Notes under the pieces: model-generated
What the model saw: the letters and a program-made list of their open reading frames with translations, nothing else
The model's database searches: none
What the model was told of the DNA's origin: nothing
Program-made: the position numbers and the translations under genes
NCBI GenBank assembly: GCA_046050355.1
Contig: JBJOPW010000004.1
Span: 5,800 to 69,799, forward strand
DNA: 64,000 nt
Source of the DNA: Candidatus Parcubacteria bacterium
Lineage (GTDB): Bacteria; Patescibacteriota; Minisyncoccia; Phycocordibacterales; UBA918
Reading direction: 5' to 3'
In this document: positions 35,416 to 43,400 of the stretch, piece by piece
Layout: each line of letters starts with the position of its first letter
Numbering within the stretch: position 1 is the stretch's first letter

Positions 35416-36837
35416 CTAGTATTCCCAGCGAACAAAATAGCCAGACCGTCCATAGCAGTCGTATCCGCGCTTGTCCTTATGTGCCTTGAGCATTGTCCCG
35501 GAGCTCTTCCTCTTGAACTCTTTTCCGCAGTAGGTACATGCGATCACCTGAAGGGGTCCACCAGAGTAGGTTGAAGGCCTGCGATTCACTCGACCCGCCG
35601 AACTTCCTCCTCGCTTTGTCTGGGCACCAAGCCGACCGCCTCCTCCAAAGTAGGAATTTTCTGGCAGCTCACCTGCTTTTGACAGTTCGACCTCGAAGCG
35701 CGGTTCGAACTTTTCTTCAAGTATCTGTGGCTTCTCAACTTTTGGATTAACCAGGGACTTGATTCCGGTTGACCCTGAGGCACCTCCAGTTCGATCCCAC
35801 ACATAGAAGTATTCGCGCGGAGACCCGTCCGATGGACGTTTGTAGCTTAGAGCGTAAGGTTCGACGACCCTCTCGTATCCGTCATAGGTTAGTCGGATAA
35901 GCCGTTGTTGAGACCCGGCTTCCAAGAAGACGTTACGAAGTTCTGCCGGAAAGAAGGCATCGCTTATGCGATCTGCCATACCGCTCGTTTCGAATACACT
36001 ATCGACGAACCGCGTGTACGCTTCTGTCGCGGTGTCGAAGTCTATTTTGCTTGCTGCCGGGCAAACTATGTATTTCTCCCATGCCGCCCGGAAGAAGGCC
36101 ATGGGGAGACCAAGGAGTATTTGCCGAGCTGAACCCGGACTTCGTTCAAAGATGGTCTTCTTGAGAAAGACGCTTGCAATTGTTGATCGATCAAGGTCAA
36201 TCCGATCATCAAAGAACGCAGCGTAAACTAGATCGTAGAGATCATGGGAGTGACGACGTTGCAGCAAGCATTTGAGCTTAGATGCCATGCCCTCTTCGAG
36301 AGCAACACATCTAAGATTTACTCTGCAGACATCTGAATCCGAATATGGATGAATAAGTGGAACCGTGCTCACTGGAAGATACAAGCGGTCGAACTCTGTC
36401 ACATCCATCCGAACTGAAATTTCCAGCGCGCTTTTCTGGCCATAGAAATCTTCGAAGAAGACCTTTCCCTTGTAGATTTTTCTGTCGGTGTTTTTGCCGA
36501 GATTGGCCCGTGCGGCTTCTTTGAAAGAGCTTCTCTCACTTACAAACTTGATACCCGATACAGCTTGAGCCATCTTGCAGCTACGTTCAATTTGAGCAGT
36601 CAGTTCATCCAAGTCAACTGCACGTTCAGTTGAGAAATCCAGGTCAGAGGAGAACCTGGTGTTCGGAAAGTACGCTTTTCGGAAGCAGTTTCCGCCCTTT
36701 AGGATGAGAAGGTCACTGAGATACTCATTTTGGTATATTGCAAACAGGAGCCAGCCGAAGACGTAGTCACGCTGAACATTCGAGGTATTGATCTCGAATT
36801 CAGCAGATTTCTGGTCGATTTCATCTCTCTCGATCAT
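35416..36837 (-). CDS. AbiEii/DUF1814-type nucleotidyltransferase fused to a WYL-like domain and a C-terminal zinc ribbon
   Basis: NTase motif LKGGNCFRKAYF...SSDLDFS. WYL-like LIRLTYDGYERVVEPYAL...EYFYVWD. C-terminal CTYCGKEF...C. Confidence 0.7.
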   Translation of the reverse strand: MIERDEIDQKSAEFEINTSNVQRDYVFGWLLFAIYQNEYLSDLLILKGGNCFRKAYFPNTRFSSDLDFSTERAVDLDELTAQIERSCKMAQAVSGIKFVSERSSFKEAARANLGKNTDRKIYKGKVFFEDFYGQKSALEISVRMDVTEFDRLYLPVSTVPLIHPYSDSDVCRVNLRCVALEEGMASKLKCLLQRRHSHDLYDLVYAAFFDDRIDLDRSTIASVFLKKTIFERSPGSARQILLGLPMAFFRAAWEKYIVCPAASKIDFDTATEAYTRFVDSVFETSGMADRISDAFFPAELRNVFLEAGSQQRLIRLTYDGYERVVEPYALSYKRPSDGSPREYFYVWDRTGGASGSTGIKSLVNPKVEKPQILEEKFEPRFEVELSKAGELPENSYFGGGGRLGAQTKRGGSSAGRVNRRPSTYSGGPLQVIACTYCGKEFKRKSSGTMLKAHKDKRGYDCYGRSGYFVRWEY

Positions 36838-37081
36838 GTGACTACTCTACACCAAATCCCAAGCTACGGCACCTTAAGGCGATGATGACGGTTTGGCCAA
36901 GGAACACAACCCGTATGGCACCTCTATGCTGCATCTGCTGTGTCTTGAGGCTTTTGATACTTCAAATTGTACTGCCACTGCGGGATCTTATTTGGAGTAC
37001 ACGCTGGTCTTTTAGGACAGAAGGTTAGAAGGTGGCTCAGGGACGTCTTCATCTCCTTTAGAGTTCGAGAAGTGTTCCGAT

Positions 37082-37090
37082 GTGGGTCAC
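37082..37090. repeat. attR core: 9-bp direct repeat gtgggtcac (right junction)
   Basis: Matches 7974..7982. Host PRTase sequence (AASVTH codons) starts here on the minus strand. Confidence 0.6.
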
Positions 37091-37495
37091 ACTGGCGGCA
37101 AAACCGGTGGCGGCAGTGGGGATGCCGATGATGATGGGTTGACGCCTTTCATCATCGGACAAAATGTCGCAGATGCGTTTGCCGATGAATCGTCCGCACC
37201 GCTCAGTCAGGGATGGGTTGTCGGTCAGGTCGCCACGACCATTGAAGTAGATGTGGCTCGCTACACCGCTTTTCAGTGTGAACGGATCTTCTGTCCACAC
37301 CAACATTCCATATTTGACCATTTCACGGATCAGGTCGATCTCCTCGTTTTCGAAGCGACGACCTGCACCGAATGGTGAAGTAAGTTCTGGCAAAGTACTA
37401 ATCCTTCCTGTTTGGGCCACTCCATCACGTATGGTGTGGCGGTTTGGCGATGGGGGTAGAGTACGCTTTGGCAAGTAAAAATGCAAGTACAGCAA
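37082..37495 (-). pseudogene. 5' fragment of the split host PRTase (OPRTase-like) gene; the ORF continues into element DNA to a stop at 37058
   Basis: KSGVASHIYFNGRGDL matches the OPRTase KSGRKSPYFFN motif. IIIGIPTAATGFAA is the GIPxAT region. It ends where the 7557..7982 fragment begins. Confidence 0.6.
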
Positions 37496-37532
37496 AGAAA
37501 ATGAGTAATCTCATGCTACTATTTACATATAC

Positions 37533-38672
37533 ATGAAAGCGCCTGAAGTAAGTACAATGAATGAGGCTCGCGCGGCTCATGCGGAGTTCACTTTGCAACG
37601 TGCCGCTTTTTCATTTTTTCAAGAAAATATAGAACTGTGTTCCAAACCACCTCGTGATGTAATGCCAGAGATTATTGCAGAGTTGCCAGAGTCGCCCAAA
37701 TTACTCTCGAAACAAGAGATGGATCTATGGCTCAAAGAGAATACCTCAATGAGCGGTCAGCGGTTACATATGGACGTCGGGGCGCCATCAAAATTGGAAT
37801 CCTATATTTTGTTTTTACTCATGACAACCAGTCCAAAAAGTACACAATTTGAAACAACGGATATAGAAACTACAGGTGACAGATTTTCATTAGTTGATAG
37901 TATACAAATTTTGCGTGATGAGGTACGAACTAAGCGTTTCCTGATGGGTATCAAAGAGGCAGTTGCAAACCTTCTTACAACCAAAGATAATATACTTGTT
38001 TGCGATGCCGGTTGCGGAGCGATTCCTATTTTAGGTATACAAGCAGCATTGCAATCGCCAAATGTGCAGGTTGTTTGTATTGAGAGCAATCCCGAATCGG
38101 TTATTATGGCGCGTGAATGTATTAATGCGTTTAATCTTGGTAATCAAGTGTTGGTTATAGAAGGAGACGCACGTGAATATAAGCCAAAGAGAGAAATTGA
38201 TCTTGTTATTTCTGAGACAATGGATATTGGCTTACTTAATGAGCCAATGTGTGACATTATGTCGAGTTTAAAACCTTTCACATCAAATGATAGCATTTTC
38301 ATTCCAGAACAAGTAGAAGTATTGGCAACAGCATTAACAGCGTCTGATTATGATAGTGCTGATAGTTACGCCCTTATTGATAAGGATTGTTGGCCAGTTA
38401 TTCAAACAAAGTGGCAAGTTATCGGTAGCTACAAAGCAGGTGATTTGAGTCCGTATTTTGAAAGTGATATTTCGGTACCGCAGAATAATGAAGCAAAAAT
38501 TCCACTAATAAGTTCAAGGGTAAAAATTCATGATTCAGTGCCAACTCTCGATTTTTGCGAAAGCCGCCTTACAGCATTTTTGCCTTTGCCTGGAAGCCTC
38601 CAGTCGCGTGATAGTAAACTACATATTTCGTATCGAGCGGGTGATTCGATCAAAGAAGTACAAATAGCATGA
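37533..38672 (+). CDS. Class I SAM-dependent methyltransferase, PRMT-like
   Basis: Motif I VCDAGCGAIPI; post-I IDLVISETMDIGLLNEPM resembles the PRMT motif. Confidence 0.5.
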   Translation: MKAPEVSTMNEARAAHAEFTLQRAAFSFFQENIELCSKPPRDVMPEIIAELPESPKLLSKQEMDLWLKENTSMSGQRLHMDVGAPSKLESYILFLLMTTSPKSTQFETTDIETTGDRFSLVDSIQILRDEVRTKRFLMGIKEAVANLLTTKDNILVCDAGCGAIPILGIQAALQSPNVQVVCIESNPESVIMARECINAFNLGNQVLVIEGDAREYKPKREIDLVISETMDIGLLNEPMCDIMSSLKPFTSNDSIFIPEQVEVLATALTASDYDSADSYALIDKDCWPVIQTKWQVIGSYKAGDLSPYFESDISVPQNNEAKIPLISSRVKIHDSVPTLDFCESRLTAFLPLPGSLQSRDSKLHISYRAGDSIKEVQIA

Positions 38673-38700
38673 CCAGCATAAATGTATACATAGCAATGTT

Positions 38701-39318
38701 ATGCAATACGGCGTAGATGTGGCGAGCACCCGGCTTGATGATCTCGATAAACGAGTGTTGGCAGATGTGCGTGAACGTATCGGTCGTGTGGAGGAGGTGT
38801 CAGTGCTTGATGTTGGGTGCGGGCAGGGTGGCTTGGCGCTGGTACTGACTCAAGCTGGAGCCATTGTTACTGCACTTGATATTCCTGACTACAGTTCGGC
38901 CTTTCAAAATGAGACTGCTGCGACAATTGAATTTGTTCAGGCAGATGTCCGTGAGTGGATACAAAATAATACTGTTCAGTTTGATATGGTCGTGCTGCAA
39001 CGCGTACTCCATTATCTACCGAATCATGAAGCTAAGAAGCTTCTGAGAGCACTGCGAGATGTGACCGCTACACTCTATCTGTCAGTGACCGGCACGACGA
39101 CTGCCATCGCGAGTCACTATGACAAAGTCCACGAGCTAATCGAGAGGCGGTGGGGTGTACTTGATACAGTGGGGCAGGAATTATTTTCTATCACTGCACC
39201 GGTGTGTCTCTATAGTAAGGAGGAGTTACTTGAGCTCCTCAAGGACTGTGGGTGGGAGGTAGTGTGGTCGCGAGTGTCTGATTTTGGGAATATTAAGGTG
39301 GTGGCTCGAGGGAGTTAA
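38701..39318 (+). CDS. Class I SAM-dependent methyltransferase
   Basis: VLDVGCGQGGLALVLTQAGAIVTALDI motif I; 205 aa. Confidence 0.6.
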   Translation: MQYGVDVASTRLDDLDKRVLADVRERIGRVEEVSVLDVGCGQGGLALVLTQAGAIVTALDIPDYSSAFQNETAATIEFVQADVREWIQNNTVQFDMVVLQRVLHYLPNHEAKKLLRALRDVTATLYLSVTGTTTAIASHYDKVHELIERRWGVLDTVGQELFSITAPVCLYSKEELLELLKDCGWEVVWSRVSDFGNIKVVARGS

Positions 39319-39324
39319 GTACAA

Positions 39325-39356
39325 ACGTAAAAGTCCCCAATCGGGGACTTTTACGT
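39325..39356 (+). terminator. Rho-independent terminator after the methyltransferase gene
   Basis: acgtaaaagtcccc-aatc-ggggacttttacgt followed by a T-rich run. Confidence 0.5.
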
Positions 39357-39367
39357 TTACGTGTAGG

Positions 39368-39389
39368 GTGCCGGAGATAGGACTTGGTC
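39368..39389. repeat. Partial duplicate of the tRNA-Leu 3' end (T-arm plus acceptor), ~178 bp from the tRNA
   Basis: gtgccggagataggacttgg versus the tRNA's gtgccggaggagggacttga. Confidence 0.5.
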
Positions 39390-39546
39390 ACAGATAATTT
39401 CTTGCAGAAATTTCCGCGACCCCGCCTCATAGTCGCAGAGCGACATATTCCGGCTTTCAAGTCCCTCACGAAAGTAAAGCAGTTTGCTTTCTCTCCGGCT
39501 CATTAAAATCAAAATGCGCCATAAAGCGCATTAAGATTTTATATTG

Positions 39547-39627
39547 TGCCGGAGGAGGGACTTGAACCCTCACACCTTGCGATAATGGGTTTTGAATCCA
39601 TCGCGTCTACCATTCCGCCACTCCGGC
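39547..39627 (-). tRNA. tRNA-Leu (anticodon CAA)
   Basis: Reverse complement GCCGGAGTGGCGGAATGGTAGACGC...TTCAAAA...GGGTTCAAGTCCCTCCTCCGGCA closely parallels bacterial tRNA-Leu(CAA) with a long variable arm. Confidence 0.8.
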
Positions 39628-39820
39628 AATATTTCTCTTTCTATACTCGGCAAATATGAGGTATTTCCTCAATCGCTAGAGCATACCAGATAATCCAAAA
39701 CTTATAAACACCCATGGCCGGGGAAGGGTGTGGTAGAATAGAGGGACGAGCAACCGCGTTAGAACGGTTTTGGAGGTCATTCTTGCTCGGCTTTTTCCGT
39801 GTTAATTAGTATTCTGTCTT

Positions 39821-41188
39821 ATGGCATTTCAAGCTGATTCCATCTTCTGGGTAGAAGTAGAAAAAATTGTCCCAAACCCCTTCCAGCCACGTCGTGAGTT
39901 TGATGAGGCGAAGCTCAAAGAGTTGGCTGAATCAGTGCGGATGTACGGTATCTTGCAACCTCTGACAGTCACCCGCAAAGAAATCCAAGGGGAAGATGGA
40001 TCGTTCCGTAGTGAATACGAACTGATCGCTGGTGAACGACGCTTGCGCGCGAGTAAGCTGGCTGGACTGCAACTGGTGCCGGTCATTATCCGTGACGGTG
40101 AGCAGACAGAACAAGAGAAGCTTGAGCTTGCTATCATCGAAAACCTCCAGCGCGAGGATCTTAATGCAGTCGATCGAGCGCTCGCTTTTCGGCAGCTGGC
40201 TGATGTATTTGGACTCTCTCATAGTCAGGTAGGAGTGAAGGTAGGGCGTAGTCGCGAGTATGTTTCAAACTCAATTCGACTCTTAGCGCTCCCCGACTAC
40301 ATGCTTGATGCGCTGCGGAGTAACGACATCACCGAGGGGCATGCGCGTACACTCCTCATGCTGAACGACCGACCCGAAGAGCAGGACGTAGTCTTCCGTG
40401 AGATTCTTCTCAAGAAGTTGTCCGTACGTGAAGTAGAAAAGATTGCCCGTGGCATCGCAACGGAGAAAGTGCGCAAGAAAGAACTAGTGGATGATGGACT
40501 CCTCGAGATGGAAAAAGAATTTAGTAGCACTCTCGGTACGCGCGTTAGTATCACCAAAACAGAATTTGGTGGACGTCTGACCATTGATTACTTTTCACTT
40601 GAAGACCTGGAGTCAATGCTTGAACGGATGCGGCAGGAGAAGCTCGGTAGTGTTCGCACTCCAGTTCCGGCTGACTACCGTGATGAGTCAAACGACACCG
40701 TTGTCAGTGATGCGGTTGACGAAGAAATGTCGACACTAGCTGAGTTGGCGCGCGCGACTGGGCTTGAACCAATTGTACCGAGCCAGGTTCCTTCCGAGTC
40801 TGTTGAGGCTCTAGAAGAGCGTGCGGCAGTGCTGGCGGAAGTAGTAGCGGAAGCGATGCCTCAGGTTGAGGAGTCGGTTGTCGCGGTGGAGCCGGTCATG
40901 CCGGACGCTAAGGAACCGGAGTCACTGATGGTGCCGGTAGCTCCATCGCCAGCCGCTGCGGACACTCCTACACCAACCGCTGATCTGAGTGCTAAGCCAA
41001 GCTTACGCGATCAACTAGCCTTACTCCTTGGTAATCGAGTACCGACACCGACGCCTCTGTCACCATCCACGGAAGAAATTACTCCTCTTGGTGACGACAC
41101 AAAGCCAGCTGAAACGGCTACTGCTCCTCTCCGTGCTAAGTCAGCGACGGACGATGATTTGTATTCGGTGACAAAATTCACCATCTAA
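39821..41188 (+). CDS. parB: ParB/Spo0J-family partition protein with a long low-complexity C-terminal extension
   Basis: ParB box GERRLRASKLAG, an HTH region, and a C-terminal Pro/Ala/Glu-rich tail. Confidence 0.8.
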   Translation: MAFQADSIFWVEVEKIVPNPFQPRREFDEAKLKELAESVRMYGILQPLTVTRKEIQGEDGSFRSEYELIAGERRLRASKLAGLQLVPVIIRDGEQTEQEKLELAIIENLQREDLNAVDRALAFRQLADVFGLSHSQVGVKVGRSREYVSNSIRLLALPDYMLDALRSNDITEGHARTLLMLNDRPEEQDVVFREILLKKLSVREVEKIARGIATEKVRKKELVDDGLLEMEKEFSSTLGTRVSITKTEFGGRLTIDYFSLEDLESMLERMRQEKLGSVRTPVPADYRDESNDTVVSDAVDEEMSTLAELARATGLEPIVPSQVPSESVEALEERAAVLAEVVAEAMPQVEESVVAVEPVMPDAKEPESLMVPVAPSPAAADTPTPTADLSAKPSLRDQLALLLGNRVPTPTPLSPSTEEITPLGDDTKPAETATAPLRAKSATDDDLYSVTKFTI

Positions 41189-41190
41189 AT

Positions 41191-41224
41191 AAAAACGAGC
41201 GACTCAAGAGGGTCGCTCGTTTTT
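41191..41224. terminator. Bidirectional rho-independent terminator between parB and rel
   Basis: aaaaacgagcgac-tcaagagg-gtcgctcgttttt; an A-run before and a T-run after the stem. Confidence 0.6.
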
Positions 41225-42779
41225 ATTTGCCAATCGCTGGAAGGCCGAGTTCGCTCCGGATATGGCGGCGAGCAATTGAGGTCTTCGCGATATCGAGCCA
41301 CTTTTTGGAAGGCTTGGCTGATTCTTTGGTTTCGATTTCGACGATATCACCATTCTTCAATTCAGTTTCGAGTTGGACAAATTTGCGATTGACCCGTGCG
41401 CCCGAGATATGGTTCCCAATTTCGGAGTGGATGGCATATGCAAAATCAATGGGGGTAGCGCCAAGCGGGAGATCGACCACATCACCATTGGGGGTAAAGA
41501 CGAAGATGCGGTTCATAAAGAAGTCTTGTCGCATATCAGCCATAAACTGACTACTCATCTCGTCCTTGGTATACATGTCACCAATCTGGCTAATCCATTG
41601 CGGTATCTTTTGCTTGTGGTCAGGGATCTTGGCATCAACAACCTCTTCTGGCATGGCGCGTTTGGAAAATGGCCGAAAGAGACTCGGGATTAGGTTAGAA
41701 AAACGTCCGCTGGTAGTGGTGTTGTTGTTTTGCGGGAGGGCCTGCTCTTTGTACAGGAGGTGTGATGCGATACCGAATTCAGCCTCTTGGTGCATTTGGT
41801 GAGTACGGATTTGGATTTCCATAATTGTGCCATGGTTTGAAGTCACTGTAGTATGGATTGATTGGTAGCCGTTTGGCTTCGGGAAGGCGATGTAATCCTT
41901 CATCCGACCTGGTAACGGCCGCCAGAGGTCATGGATGATACCTAGTGTTCGGTAGCAGTCTTCGACGGTGGGTACAACGATACGCATAGCCATGAGATCG
42001 TAGACGGCATTGATATCCCAGTCCTTGCGGATCAGTTTGTGGTAAAGACTGTAGAGACCTTTGACTCGATACGATGTATGAAAATCAAGTAATTTGGCTT
42101 CAGCGAGTCGCTTCTGGATTGACTTTCGTTCTCGTTCGAGCACTTCACTACTTTTACCAGCCCGCTGTTCGAGGAGGTGCTTTACGCGTTTGTGCTCTTC
42201 GGGGTAGACATAGAAAAAGGCGATATCTTCAAGCTCCTTACGGAGCTTACCCATACCAAGTCGGTGGGCAACGGGCACATAGATCTCAAGTGTTTCGCGC
42301 GCAATACGGAGCTGCTTCTCAGCCGGCACATGATTAAGCGTCTCCATATTATGGAGTCGATCATTCAGTTTGATGATGAGGACCCGGATATCTTGACTGG
42401 TTGCGACGAAGAGCTTTCGTAATGATTCATTGTGTCTATCTTTACCGTAGTAGCGCACTGAAGAAAGTTTGGTGACTCCCTCAACTAGGTAGAGAACTTC
42501 TTCCCCAAATGTCTCTTTTATTTCTTCTGCTGTGGCATCGGTATCTTCGATGGTGTCGTGGAGAAGGGCGGCCGCGACCGTTCGTGGCCCGAGACCCATA
42601 TCAGCAATTTTGTAGGCTACTTCAGCCAAATGCATCATGTATGGTTCTCCAGAATAACGGGTTTGACTAGCGTGCTTGGTGGCGGCAAACGCATAGGCCT
42701 GTTTGATAAGCTCCTCATTTTGTTGAGTGAGCTTTGGCATTTTACCAATGATGTCTGCAGCGGTGCGCATAAAACTCAT
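41223..42779 (-). CDS. rel: Bifunctional (p)ppGpp synthetase/hydrolase Rel (HD + synthetase + TGS; short form)
   Basis: HD motif LLHDTIEDT, a RelA/SpoT synthetase region, and a TGS domain. 518 aa with no ACT/RRM tail. Confidence 0.85.
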   Translation of the reverse strand: MSFMRTAADIIGKMPKLTQQNEELIKQAYAFAATKHASQTRYSGEPYMMHLAEVAYKIADMGLGPRTVAAALLHDTIEDTDATAEEIKETFGEEVLYLVEGVTKLSSVRYYGKDRHNESLRKLFVATSQDIRVLIIKLNDRLHNMETLNHVPAEKQLRIARETLEIYVPVAHRLGMGKLRKELEDIAFFYVYPEEHKRVKHLLEQRAGKSSEVLERERKSIQKRLAEAKLLDFHTSYRVKGLYSLYHKLIRKDWDINAVYDLMAMRIVVPTVEDCYRTLGIIHDLWRPLPGRMKDYIAFPKPNGYQSIHTTVTSNHGTIMEIQIRTHQMHQEAEFGIASHLLYKEQALPQNNNTTTSGRFSNLIPSLFRPFSKRAMPEEVVDAKIPDHKQKIPQWISQIGDMYTKDEMSSQFMADMRQDFFMNRIFVFTPNGDVVDLPLGATPIDFAYAIHSEIGNHISGARVNRKFVQLETELKNGDIVEIETKESAKPSKKWLDIAKTSIARRHIRSELGLPAIGK

Positions 42780-43007
42780 TGTAGGGTAAAAATAGAGAAT
42801 AGGGAATAGAAGGATATTGAAAATAGAATAGAGAAGATTGAAGATGGAAGATTGAGAGTGGCTTCACTCAACAAAACTTGCTTCATTTACAATCCTGTGG
42901 TTAAATATTGTCCTGCCGTTTGGGACAACGGTGGGCCGAAATCCGCGGGCTCTTGCGGATAAAAACAACACCCGCGTGAAGCGCGGGAAGAGAAGAAAGA
43001 AGAAAAG

Positions 43008-43232
43008 ATGCGCGAAATCACTACCGACGAAGCCAACCGCAGCTCTGGTGGATTCCCTGTCTGGCTCGACGTCATTGGGCCCGACAACAAGCCCACTGGG
43101 GAAAAACTCCACCACTTAACCAAACAGCGGGCGGTCGTCGCTACCTACGGCCAGGTCCTGGAAGACACGACCAAGCGAGGGCGCGGACGTTCACATCCCG
43201 ACCAAAACATTGTGGTCGGACGGCGCGAGTAG
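43008..43232 (+). CDS. Small hypothetical ORF in a GC-rich intergenic patch
   Basis: 74 aa with a purine-rich ribosome-binding region. Local GC is higher than the neighbouring host genes. Low confidence. Confidence 0.2.
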   Translation: MREITTDEANRSSGGFPVWLDVIGPDNKPTGEKLHHLTKQRAVVATYGQVLEDTTKRGRGRSHPDQNIVVGRRE

Positions 43233-43400
43233 AAGCCCGAGCAGGCCGCGAAGGTGGGCGGTGATCGCCCTCCTTCGACTAGTTCTTTAATGAGTGCAAG
43301 CAGTACAACATAATCGCGCATTTCGCGCGATCATCTAAGGCGCCTACTTTGGCGCCTTTGTTCTGTATTGATGAATCTAACTTCGAGGCAAGACCTCGTA

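Larger units (their letters stand above)
7983..37081. mobile_element. ~29-kb mosaic integrative (mobilizable) element inserted into the PRTase gene; large serine recombinase at the left end
   Basis: Split host gene, flanking 9-bp direct repeats, GC shift relative to flanks, and recombinase / coupling-protein / relaxation / integrase / defence cargo. Confidence 0.65.
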
